A model generated the notes under the pieces. That model was not told the origin of the DNA and made no database searches. It worked only from the letters and a program-made list of their open reading frames with translations. Source: Chiloscyllium plagiosum (lineage: Eukaryota). Taken from it: a DNA stretch of 20,000 nt. The position numbers and the translations under genes were made by a program. How positions within the stretch are numbered: the first letter of the stretch is position 1; every line of letters begins with the position of its first letter. The DNA lies in the NCBI RefSeq assembly GCF_004010195.1, contig NC_057719.1:87441737-87461736 (forward strand), written 5' to 3'. Of this stretch, positions 1-9,870 are shown piece after piece.

Positions 1-785
1 TTAATTCCTTTCTGCAATGTCATGTGCTGACTCTGCTATGTGACAATAAAAAGGCTGGCTCTAACTCATTGACATCAGGCAGAACCCCCTTGATATTCTG
101 AGAGAACGCGTGTCTCCACTTCAAATGTGTCTTTCAATAGTGCTTTCTATCTTTAGAGAATATTGAAATTACATATTTTTTTAAAATTAGAACTGTACTT
201 GATTGCAGGTTAGAACCCTAAAGTACTGTGGACTTTCATATCAACTTGAGATTACCCTCATCATTTCATGTGAAAGGCAGCACTTCCTCAGTGTATTCTG
301 CACTCTTGACTCTGGAGAGAGCTTTGAACCGCTGACCCTTTGACTGAGAGGTCCATGTGCTACAGTCAACAAGGAGATATTGCACAGGAGGTGCTCTGCA
401 GCATGACAGAAATAATGCATGGGACAGCAAATACCGGGACATAAACAAAATGAAGCATAACAGGGAAAGCAGTAATGCCCTCCTGAGAAGCTAAAGATAG
501 AAAGAAAGCCTGGGTGATGGGTGGTTTGTTAAACTATTCTTTAAACATATATACAAGTAGAAGCTGGAGTGAATTGAATTGGATTCACTCCCTTGAGACT
601 GGGACCAGACTGAGCCAGTGGGCTGAACAGAAATGTGTTTGAAGGATAGATAGGGTTTAGGGGGTTAGGGTGAGAATGTCATAAGGACTAAACTGTGGAA
701 GACCAGCAACTCAGCAAGCAGATCTCACTGCACTGGGCCTAAGCTGGTGTCTCGCTGATACAGAGAAAGGATATGTAACCTTTAC

Positions 786-941
786 CTCAGTAACACTCGT
801 AATGATGGCCTGATGGGCCAGGATTTCTGCCTCAAAGGCCTGGTGTTTCTGTAGCAGCTTCAGCTTGGCTTGCAGGTCACTAACATCTGCAGAAGAATTG
901 TCTTTTAACTTCTTCATCCTTTCACTGATCCAGCTTTCCTC
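786..941 (-). CDS. SPTBN5: Internal coding exon of a beta-V spectrin (SPTBN5-like) gene, part of one spectrin repeat
   Basis: The minus strand reads ttctgttcctctttgcAG|GAG GAA AGC TGG...GTT ACT GAG|GTaaag. The exon is 156 bp, phase 0/0, and encodes EESWISERMKKLKDNSSADVSDLQAKLKLLQKHQAFEAEILAHQAIITSVTE. It has the spectrin helix-A Trp and a KHQAFEAE motif, and resembles the recalled human SPTBN5 segment ...KLKPLLKHQAFEAEVQAHEEVMTSVAK. Confidence 0.9.
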
Positions 942-1626
942 CTGCAAAGAGGAACAGAACATTGTTAACATCTCAGCTGAGGAGACACTGGAGTAGTCAG
1001 ATCCCAGAATGAAACTTTTTCCATTTTTTTTTCACATGGTGGTCAGTCATTGAAACACATTCACAGAAATGCAGATTTTATTTAACAACAGAACAGAAGT
1101 TTACTATACAGAGAAAATAACTAAAATAATAAGCAAGAACACAGTAAGGAAAGTCTTAAAGAACAGAGCAAAACCAAGCTTCAGTCTGTACTACCATTTG
1201 TTATAGAGATTCAATCCCAGAGAAATTATCCCTCTATATCAAATCTAAATTGTACTGAACTGATTCTCCCCAGTTTCTTTCATGTGACTGTGGAGTCTTC
1301 TCAGATGAATATTCACAAAACTGAGGGCTTCAATTTTCTCAGTGTTTAATAACCTACTGTAAAGTTTACTAATCAAACTCTCCTGGCTTATCATTTAGAC
1401 AAACTAAACGTTTCTATTGTGGTGACTGTGTTTTCCCTGAACTGGTCTGCACTCCTCTAAGGAGAGAAAACTTGCTCCTACCTTGAATGCAGGTTAGCAG
1501 CCTAAAGTAGCGTGGACATTTTTAACCTGTAATTCCAAAAATGTGTTCTTTTTTAAAGATAAAAATGGCTGCAGAAGTAAATTAAGTTGCAGATCTGGAG
1601 ACAGAGAGAGAGAGAGGGTGGAGAGT

Positions 1627-1861
1627 TGCTGCCTGACCTGCTGTGCTTTTCCAGCACTACTCTAAACTAGAAAGGTGAATTGGCCATGTAAATTGCCCAT
1701 AGTGTTAGGTGAAGGGGTAAATGTAGGGGAATGAGTCTGGATGGGTTACGCTTCGGCGGGTCGGTGTGGACTTATTGGGCCGAAGGGCCTGTTTCCACAC
1801 TGTCAGTAAGTAATCTAATCAAGTAGTCTAGACTCTAGCATCTGCAGTCCTTGTTTTTACC
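1627..1861 (+). mobile_element. Short Penelope-like terminal-repeat fragment interrupted by a SINE fragment
   Basis: The sequence tgctgcctgacctgctgtgcttttccagca...agcatctgcagtcct matches the copies at 9825-9867 and 17436-17553, and the end of the GIY-YIG-bearing element at 10464-10974. Confidence 0.7.
1673..1820 (+). mobile_element. 5'-truncated HE1/V-SINE 3' half
   Basis: It is highly similar to the reverse complement of 2219-2366 and ends tgggccgaagggcctgtttccacactgt..aagtaatctaatc. Confidence 0.85.
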
Positions 1862-2218
1862 GAGAGAGAGAGAGAGAGAGAGATACAAATGCTCCTGGAA
1901 TGTTACATCTAAAAACGCAAATAAGACTTAAAACAGCAATTGTTTAAAGAGGGAAAAGCCAAGTCAAAACAGAGCACGGTTCCTTGTGATTATGAAGATA
2001 ACAGGATAGATGACACCTTCACTCCTCCTTCAGTAGCAAGCCATCCTCTGAAGATTTTGTCCCAACTGCAAACATATTTTGTCTTTTACTGTTTGAAGAA
2101 TAAGTGAGCATAGGTCATAAAAAGTCAGTTTCAACTCTACTGAAGAGCACTAGCAGGATTGAGATTCTTCTACATGCCAGTAGGCTAAGATATCTGTGCA
2201 GATTGGCCTGAGTTTGAA

Positions 2219-2530
2219 TTAGATTAGATTAGATTAGATTACTTACAGTGTGGAAACAGGCCCTTCGGCCCAACAAGTCCACACCGCCCCACCGAAGCGC
2301 AACCCATCCTACATGTACCCCTTACCTAACACTACGTGCAATTTAGCATTCACCAATTCACCTGACCTGCACATCCTTGGACTGTGGGAGGAAACCGGAG
2401 CACCTGGAGGAAACCCACGCAGACACGGGGAGAACGTGCAAACTCCACACAGTCAGTCGCCTGAGGCGGGAATTGAACCCGGGTCTCTGGCGCTGTGAGG
2501 CAGCAGTGCTAACCACTGTGCCACCGTGTC
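2219..2530 (-). mobile_element. Full-length tRNA-derived HE1-type SINE (V-SINE superfamily)
   Basis: Pol III box A TGGCACAGTGG (2523-2513) and box B GGGTTCAATTCCC (2480-2468). It has the V-domain tgtgtggagtttgcacgttctccccgtgtctgcgtgggtttcctcc, a CR1/HER1-like 3' tail and a terminal (TCTAA)n repeat. Confidence 0.92.
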
Positions 2531-3224
2531 AGTGTGCTGTGAAAGTCAGAGTCAAGGAACTATCTCCTAGTCACCCCTACATTACAGGTCATCATGACTT
2601 CTGAGGTTCAATCACGGTCAAAAGGAATCAGAACGACAGAGTCTCAACCAATCTAAAACTAAGAAACTTGACATTGACTGTTAACCCCCAGTGCAACAGC
2701 CACAACATTAAATTATCCTCTCTTTGGGTACAATTCAGAGATTAATCCATATATCATTGTTTTAAAAAAAAACTTTATTTTTTGGACTCAGCTCTCATTT
2801 CTAATCTGTGTGTATGTGTATTGCACTACGAATTCTCCTCATGTTCGGTAATTAATAAACTCACTCTTTCTTAACTCAAGAAAGTCTAGTGGCTTGTTTT
2901 AAAACGCAAGGTCATTTGGGTTTGGGTGAAAGGGAAGGAATCATTTTTAAATCAACCCTGTTGCGATCAATGGTAACAATGAGTAAATAAAGAAGGGGAA
3001 TATGTCATAAATCTCACACAGAAACGTTGCATTAAAATTCCAAACCCCCACCTTGTTCTCTGACACAAGCTAGATTGGTTACTATTTCAGAGGTGCTGTC
3101 TGACCTCGATTTTTAAAAAAATTCCCTTCATAAAAGTAACCACTAGTTTGAAATCTAAACTCTAAAAGTTACAGATAGTTCATCCACTTTCATGGGGACA
3201 GGGGTCTGAAAGCTTGGTCAAAGG

Positions 3225-3480
3225 CGCAGTTTCAAGATGCCTCTCAAAGGACAGAAATAAAGTGGAGAGTTTTGTGGGAGGGGAATTCTAGAGCTAAGGG
3301 CCTGAGCAACACACCCCAATGGATAAGTGGATAAAGCAGGGATGCTGAAAAGGCCAGAATTAGAGGAGTTCAGCTATCTTGGACGGGCTGGAGGAGGTTG
3401 CAGAGCTAGAGTGAGGACCTGGAAGGGCTTGAAAACAATGATCAAAAATTGGCAGGCCAGAGGCCTCCATAGGTCAACAG
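3225..3480 (-). mobile_element. Old L2-like LINE 3' fragment
   Basis: The purine-rich blocks gggaggggaattctagagct, aggccagaattagaggag, ggaggaggttgcagag and ttgaaaacaa match the recalled antisense L2 consensus. The match is diverged. Confidence 0.5.
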
Positions 3481-3616
3481 AGATGAACTGAGAGAGAGAG
3501 AGAGATCCAAGGTGGGTTGAAATTTGAGGAAAAGGGAGATTGAGAGTTACATGAGGCAAGAGTCACATTTGGAAGATATGAAGGCAGGGATGGAAGGTTG
3601 AGGCCAGTGAGTGGAG

Positions 3617-3852
3617 ATGATCCTATGGCATTAATCTTGGAGTGCTCCTAGTGTCTTGGCAACATTTATCTCTTGTTCAACCCCATCAAAGCCAAGAATC
3701 TGGCCATTATCTTCTTGCTCATTGTGAGATCTTGCTCTGTGCAAATGGCCTGCTGTATTTCCTAACCAAAAGTGTCAGGCATGAATTGAGTTTGTTGGTT
3801 GTAAAGCAATTTGGGAAGTCCTGAGGTTGTGAAAGAGACTGTGGAAATGGGA
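3617..3852 (+). mobile_element. DeuSINE (SacSINE1/AmnSINE1-like) Deu-domain and 3' tail, diverged
   Basis: The blocks gatcctatggca, gtgtcttggcaacatttatc, tctggccattatc, gatcttgctctgtgcaaatggcctgctgtatttccta and gtaaagcaatttgggaagtcctgaggttgtgaaag are colinear with the recalled Deu-domain consensus. Confidence 0.7.
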
Positions 3853-4012
3853 AACCATTATTTCTGGTGATAATCGAATGGAGCTCAGTGAAATGCTGAC
3901 TGTACAATGGGGAGTGCTGCTGACTCAGGCTCTGTTGGGCCTCACCCCTGGGATCAACATCAGCCTGTCCCTCTCATCACCCTCCCTCTACAAATGAAAA
4001 AGTTTGAAATCC

Positions 4013-4848
4013 AAAGTTGAACTATGAAAGCAACCACCCCAACACACACAAAAGAAGTTGCATCAAGACACTATTCAAAAGGGCCACAACATACTGCAGT
4101 ACACCAGAACTGCAAAAAGAGGAAGAAGAACACCTATACAATGTATTCGCCAAAAACGAACACCCGCGCAATTTCATCAACAGATGCCTAAGGGAAAGAC
4201 AACGGAACGAGGACATGCTGCAACCCAAAGGACTAGTCACACTACCATAAATCAAGAGCATTTCCGAACTGACAGCCAGACTACTGCGGTCACTAGGACT
4301 CATAACAGTACACAAACCAACAGCCACTCTCAGACAACAACTCACCAGAACGAAGGACCCGATACCCAGCATGAGCAAAACCAATGTAGTGTACAAAATC
4401 CCATGCAAGGACTGCACAAAACACTACGTAGGACAAACAGGAAGACAGCTAACGGTCCACATCCATGAACACCAACTAGCCACGAAACTACACGACCAGC
4501 TATCCTGAGTAGCCACACACGCAGATGACAAGCAACATGAATTTGACTGGGACAACACTACTATTATAGGACATGCCAAACAGAGAACAGCCAGGGAATT
4601 CCTAGAGGCATGGCACTCATCCACAGATTCAATCAATAAGCACATCCACCTGGACCCAATATACTGGCCACTGCAACGGACAGCTGGAACTGACAACCGG
4701 AAGCGGCAGATTCAAACCACTACAAATGCCGGAGGAAAGATCACAAAAGCGCTTCACAGGAGGCTCCCAAGCAATGAGGATGTCACCTAGACAGGGGACG
4801 AAACGTCTGCAACACAAATTCCCAGCTCGGCGAACAGAACCACAACAA
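4013..4848 (+). mobile_element. 5'-truncated Penelope-like retroelement: RT C-terminus plus GIY-YIG endonuclease pseudogene and terminal repeat
   Basis: A single frame, 4017-4790, reads NYESNHPNTHKRSCIKTLFKRA...TLP*IKSISE...NVVYKIPCKDCTKHYVGQTGRQLTVHIHEH...REFLEAWHS. It contains the GIY-YIG motif (VVY..YVG) and CxxC. There are premature stops at 4248-4250 and 4506-4508. Confidence 0.92.
4771..4810 (+). ncRNA. Minimal type I hammerhead ribozyme motif of the Penelope-like element, core mutated
   Basis: The sequence parses as GCA-aUGAGGA-U-GUCACCU agac AGGGGAC-GAAAC-GUC-UGC. This gives stem I GCA/UGC, a stem II hairpin, GAAA and the GUC cleavage triplet. The first C of CUGANGA is A here (4774). 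Confidence 0.7.
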
Positions 4849-4914
4849 TGAAACGTATTGCTGCAGTCTCCTGACTGGACCCCTCTGGAAAAATATGATT
4901 TATTTCTACATGGC

Positions 4915-5265
4915 ATCATTGACACCCATCCCAACTGCCATGAACTGAGTGCCTTGCTTGGCCTTTTCAGAAGATGGTCAAGAATCAAACACATTGCTGT
5001 GGGTCTGGGGTCACATGGATGCCAGACCAAGTAGAGATGGTAGATTTCCTTCCCCATCGGACATTCATGAACTCGATGGCCTTTTACAACATTTTACGAT
5101 AGTGTCAGGGTCACCGTCACGGAGACTGGATTCATATGAATGCAAATAAATCCAGAAATATTAAATGGAAATTCCAGCTGTCATGAGGGGGGTTAGAAGC
5201 TATGTTCCAAGGAAATTAACCTGAGCCTCTGGGTTACTAGTCCATGGTTAATAACACCACCGCTA
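4915..5265 (-). mobile_element. Diverged tRNA-derived SINE of a common elasmobranch family
   Basis: The blocks cacattgctgtgggtctggggtcacat, atggtagatttccttccc and ctctgggttactagtcca match a recalled shark SINE in antisense. A decayed tRNA-like head lies at about 5185-5265. Confidence 0.55.
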
Positions 5266-5545
5266 TCCTCCCCCAGTCACACTCTCCCCTCCTGAAGCTG
5301 TAACTCTGGCTGGGACACTACTTGCAGTCCCTTGTACTCCATTATTGTTTCACATTATGTTACTGTTTCATGTTAGAGTACAGAGAAATGGAATATGACA
5401 CAATGAGGGTGTGGGAGCAATGGGAGACGGAACTTTAGATTACTTCTGACTACAGTTGCAGATATAAATCAGAGAGGGCAATAATTGAGGATTTCAATAG
5501 TGGAGCACTCCCTCATACCTGCTGCCTAAAAGTGCAACATAACAT

Positions 5546-5840
5546 CAGCACTCCCTCAGTACTGACAGTGCAACACTCCCTCAGTACTGATCCTCCACAG
5601 CGCAGTGTTCTCTCAGTACTGACCCCCTGACAGTGCAACACTTCCTCAGTTCTGATCCTCTGATAGCGCAACACTCCCTCAACACTGACCCTTTGAGAGT
5701 GCAGCACTCCCTCAGTTTTGACCCTCTTACAATGCAGCACTCCCTCAGTTCTAACACTCCTACAGTGCAGTACTCCCTCAACACTGACCCTCCGATAGTT
5801 CAGCACTCCATCAATTCTGACCCTTTTATGGTGCAGAATT
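5546..5840. repeat. 33-bp minisatellite, about 9 diverged units
   Basis: The unit is approximately cagtgcagcactccctcagtactgaccctctga and contains the palindrome TCAGTACTGA. Confidence 0.9.
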
Positions 5841-5884
5841 CCCTTAGGCTGCATTTCCAATACAGCTGTTATTTATTATACACC

Positions 5885-5950
5885 TCTGGAGCAGGTGGGT
5901 CTTGAACACAGGCCTCCTGAATTGAAGATAGAGACATTACCACTGTACCA
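5885..5950 (-). mobile_element. tRNA-derived SINE head next to the 33-bp array
   Basis: The minus strand has box A TGGTACAGTGG (5950-5940) and box B GTTCAAGACCC (5907-5897). Confidence 0.6.
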
Positions 5951-6107
5951 AAAAAAGCTCCCTATGGTCATTATTTTGAAGTTGAGAAAGATGTCAGGAG
6001 TCAGTGATTAATGCCTAATTGAATGGTTTTTAGATGTTATTGATGGGTTGGAGATGTCAATGTTGATCTGTCTTGAGCAGAATGATATTTGACACAGAAT
6101 ACAGGAC

Positions 6108-6611
6108 TTCCTGTCGGAAAGATGTTGTGAAACATGAAAGGGTTCAGAAAAAATTTACAAGGATGTTGCCAGGGTTGGACAGTTTGAGGTATAGGGAGAG
6201 GCTGAATAGGCTGGGGCTGTTTTCCCTGGAGCATCGGAGGCTGAGGGGTGATCTTATAGAGGTTTACAAAATCATGAGGGGCATGATAGGGTAAATGGCC
6301 AAAGTCTTTTCCCTGGGGTGGGCTATTCCAGAACTAGAGGGCATAGGTTTAGGGTGAGAGGGGAAAGATATGAAAGGGACCTAAGGGGCAACTTTTTTAT
6401 GCAGAGGGTGGTGCGTGGATGGAATGAGCTGCCAGAGGAAGGGGTGGAAGCTGGTACAATTACAGCATTTAAAAGGCATCTGGATGGTTATATGAATGGG
6501 AAGGGTTTAGGGGGATATGGACCAAGTGCTGGCAAATGGGACTACATTAAGGTGGGGTTTCTGGTCGGCACGGACGAAGGGTCTGTTTCCATACTGTACA
6601 TCTCTATGACT
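6108..6611 (+). mobile_element. CR1/HER1-type LINE 3' end
   Basis: It encodes RKDVVKHERVQKKFTRMLPGL..YRERLNRLGLFSLEHRRLRGDLIEVYKIMRG and TRGHRFRV..FFMQRVVRGWNELP, the CR1 ORF2 C-terminus. It ends gggtctgtttccatactgtacatctctatgact. Confidence 0.93.
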
Positions 6612-7082
6612 AGAGAAGTGGGGCGGTTCCACCTCACTGCTACCTGGTGGGGAGTGTTTGCCAGGCCTGTAAGGTCATGAATGCGATTTAATCTCCTGAC
6701 CTTCCTTCCCAAAGACAAGACCCACCGCTAACTCAGCTGAGCTGACATCACTTCCAAATGTTAGGACACATCACCTGATCCCTGTTCTCATGGAAACAGG
6801 GAGCACTTGATCCAGACCTGGGCAGACAGAGACACACTCTGTGTTTTCATTCGCAATTGGAAGCTTTGCCGATGCTGTTAGAGAATGGAAACATTTTCTT
6901 GTATCGTTGTTGGGATCAAAGTTAAGCCCCCTCCCCCCACCTTGTCACTGACACTGGAGCTGCCTGCTTTCCAGCACAAGGGATATTACCAGCTTCAGAC
7001 CATGCCAAGGAAAGCATGGAGTTTTAGTCAGCTCTTTATGTGTGGCATAATTATTCAATACAATCTCACACATGGGGTTTAT

Positions 7083-7730
7083 TAGAAACATGTGAAAATT
7101 GAAACCAGGAGCAGGAGTAGGCCATTCAGCCCTTCAAGCCTGCTCTACCGTTCAGTTTTGATCATGGCTGATCATCCAACTCAGTACCTTGTTTCTGCTT
7201 TCCTCCTTTGACCCTTTTAGCCCGAAGAATTAGATCTAACACCTTTTTGAAAATGTTTAACCTTTTGGCCTCAAATACTTTCAGTGTTGGTGAATTCTAC
7301 AACGCTGGGTGAAGACATTTTCCTCAGCTCAGTCCGAAATAGCCTACCCATATCCTTAACCTATGACCCCTGCTTCTGGACTCCCTGGTCATAGGGAACA
7401 ACCTTCCTGCATCTAACCTGTCTCATCCTGTTAGAGTTTTTCAGGTTTCTATGAGAAATCCCTCATGCTTCTAAACTCCACTGAACACAGTCCTAACTGC
7501 TGCAGTCTCTCTTCATACAACAATCCTGCCATCTCAGGAATCAGTCTGATAGGCCTTCTTTGCACTCCCTCTTTAGCAAGAGCATTGTTCCTCAGATAAA
7601 GAGACCAAAACTGCAGTATACTCCAGATGTGGTCTCACCGAGGCTCTATCCAAAGGCAGCAAGATATCTCTGTTCCTGAACTTAAATCCTCTTGCCAGGA
7701 ATGCCCACATACCATTCACCTCCCTCACCA
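7083..7730 (-). mobile_element. CR1 LINE 3' fragment
   Basis: It has the antisense CR1 tail ggagcaggagtaggccattcagccc...gatcatggctgat, followed by ttctaaactcca and gaccaaaactgca..tactccagatgtggtctcacc. Confidence 0.85.
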
Positions 7731-7876
7731 CCAGCAGTTATTACAATAAAAGAAACAGCAATGTCCTGCAGTGACCCTAACCCTGTTACAATATCTTTTC
7801 ACAACTGACACTTACCCTGATATTGTCAAGATGATGATCATAAGCCCAAACTGCTTATGGACACATAATTGCGACA

Positions 7877-8583
7877 TGTGATTTTTAAAGGAGGACTTAC
7901 AGTCTAAAGATGTCTGTGGATAATAAACTCAGTGGCAGTCTCAAGAGGAACCCTGGAATGTCACACCTCAAAAGGTGCCAAGGACACTTCAAAGAGCAAC
8001 CCTTCAAACGGAGAGATGCAACTCAAAACAAACTGCATACAGATCCTCTGTGGCTACAGAGATAATAAGGGGATGATAACTTCCTCCGGGTTATGTTTCA
8101 AACAGCAGTCATCTCTGCATTTCAACTTCTGGGAATATATAAAACAAGGGTTAAAAAGTAACGGTGACTCGTGGTCTATGTGTGTCAGCTGGGGTTATGC
8201 TGTTTTAGCTAGTCTTCTTTAAAGTCTACAGTTTGTGAACAGCCATTAGACACTCCTGAGATGAAATTAAAACAGGACAAAACCCTGCCAACTCACTTAA
8301 AGAGCCACAAGTCTCAAAATCAACCAATTTACCACCAGTCAACTTAATGTCTGCAACAATCCATTATCTACTCTTCATGGAGTCCAAAGTCAGATTTGTA
8401 TCATTTTTAAACTGTTATCTTTTTACTCAATACACATCTTTAATCCACGTATCTCTGTATAGTCCAATTATCTGTTCCTGTGTTCAGTAGCTAACAAACT
8501 GACCTGTCCTTTAACTCAAGGAAACCTGATTAACTTTGTATCTTTTAAAACATAAATACATTTAGATTAGGAAAAGGTATTCA
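7877..8583 (+). mobile_element. Degenerate LTR-like element related to 1542-3031, cut by the minisatellite
   Basis: It starts TGTGatttttaaag. It shares cctggaatgtcacacctcaaaa and ttaactcaaggaaac with the 1542-3031 element in the same order. Confidence 0.45.
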
Positions 8584-8584
8584 T

Positions 8585-9728
8585 CTGTGATGGGAGTATA
8601 GAGTCTGTGTTTCAATGATGGGGACAGTGGGGTCTGCATTTCTGTCATGGGGAGAGCAGGGATTGTGTTTCTGTGACGGGGAGCATGGGGTCTGTATTTC
8701 TGTGATATGGAGCATGTGTTTCTGTGACAGGGAGCATGGGTCTGTGTTTCTGTGATGGGAAGCATGGGTCTGTGTTTGTGTGATTGGGAGCATGGCATCT
8801 GTGTTTCTGTGATGGTGAGCATGGGTCTGTGTTTCTGTGATGGGGAGCATGGGTCTGTGTTTCTGTGATGGGGAGCGTGTGTTTCTGTGACAGGGAGCAT
8901 GGGGCCTGTGTTTCTGTGATGGGGAGCATGGGTCTATGTTTCTGTGATGGGGAGCAAGGGTATGTATTTCTGTGATGGGGAGCATGGGTCTGTGTTTCTG
9001 TGATGGGGAGCATGGCATCTGTGTTTCTGTGATGGGGAGCATGGCATCTGTGTTTCTGTGATGGGGAGCATGGGTGTGTGTTTCTGTGATGGGGAGCATG
9101 GCATCTGTGTTTCTGTGATGGGGAGCATGGGTCTGTGTTTCTGTGATGGGGAGCATGGCATCTGTGTTTCTGTGATGGGGAGTGTGGATCTATGTTTCTG
9201 TGATGGGGAGCGTGGGTCTGTGTTTCTGGGATGGGGTGCATGGGTCTGTGTTTCTGTGATGTGGAGCATGGCATCTATGTTTATGTGATGGGGAGCATGG
9301 GTCTATGTTTCTGTGACGAGGAGCATAGGTTTGTGTATCTGTGATGGGGAGCATGGCATCTGTGTTTCTGTGATTGGGAGCCTGGCAGCTGTGTTTCTGT
9401 GATGGGGAGCATGGGTCTATGTTTCTGTGACGCGGTGCATGGGTCTATGTTTCTGTGATGGGGAGCATGGGTCTATGTTTCTGTGATGGGGAGCATGTGT
9501 CTATGTTTCTGTGATGGGTAGCATGGCATCTGTGTTTCTGTGATGGGGAGCATGACATCTGTGTTTCTGTGATGGGGAGCATGGCATCTGTGTTTCTATG
9601 ACGGGGAGCATGGGTCTGTGTTTCTGTGATGGGGAGCATAGGTCTGTGTTTCTATGATGGGGAGCATGGGTTTGTGTTTCTATGATGGGGAGCATGGATG
9701 TGTGTTTCTGTGATGGAGAGCATGTGTT
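8585..9728. repeat. 28/29-bp G-rich minisatellite, about 40 units
   Basis: The units gtgtttctgtgatggggagcatgggtct (28 bp) and gtgtttctgtgatggggagcatggcatct (29 bp) are interspersed. Confidence 0.97.
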
Positions 9729-9867
9729 CTTGAGAGAAAGTGAGGTCTGCAGATGCTGGAGATCAGAGCTGAAAATGTGTTGCTGGAAAAGCGCAGCAGG
9801 TCAGGCATTCTCCTGCTCCTTGGATGCTGCCTGACCTGCTGCGCTTTTCCAGCAACACATTTTCAGC
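9729..9867. mobile_element. Penelope-like terminal-repeat insertion made of two oppositely oriented pieces
   Basis: There is a minus-strand piece at about 9731-9807 and a plus-strand piece at 9808-9867. Together they form a perfect 40-bp inverted repeat, flanked by the direct repeat AGCATGTGTT (9719-9728 and 9865-9874). Confidence 0.85.
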
Positions 9868-9870
9868 ATG

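Larger units (their letters stand above)
1598..1883. repeat. (GA)n microsatellite split into two parts (about 1598-1617 and 1862-1883) by an insertion
   Basis: GA dinucleotide runs are directly visible on both sides of the 1627-1861 insert. Confidence 0.8.
1542..3031 (+). mobile_element. Degenerate LTR-like element interrupted by younger inserts
   Basis: It begins TGTG and ends at about cgttgCA, with AATAAA near 2853. It shares blocks with 7877-8583 (tttttaaag start, cctggaatgt, ttaactcaag). The ends are approximate and there is no clear TSD. Confidence 0.45.

Noticed and set aside
650..672. Telomere-like tagggtttagggggttaggg
   Set aside because: Only two or three imperfect units, which could arise by chance.
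711..971. 86-aa ORF as a standalone gene
   Set aside because: Only 786-941 is spectrin-like and bounded by AG/GT. The flanking codons are intron read-through.
2460..2530. Possible tRNA gene (boxes A and B)
   Set aside because: It is the tRNA-derived head of the HE1 SINE and is continuous with the V-domain and LINE-like tail.
3993..4853. AATGAAA at 3993-3999 and 4847-4853 as a TSD of the Penelope-like element
   Set aside because: It is a low-complexity 7-mer, and the left copy is offset from the apparent element start. It cannot be supported without an empty site.
4022..5057. Antisense and alternate-frame ORFs of 90-142 aa
   Set aside because: They are shadow frames of the Penelope-like ORF and the adjacent SINE.
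5546..5840. CRISPR-like appearance of the 33-bp repeats with an internal palindrome
   Set aside because: The units are head-to-tail without unique spacers, there are no cas genes, and the context is vertebrate.
8562..9695. Long minus-strand ORFs (up to 209 aa) of repeated MLPITETQ/PCSPSQKH/APHHRNTD
   Set aside because: These are translations of the 28/29-bp minisatellite, which lacks stops on that strand. There are no splice or domain signals.
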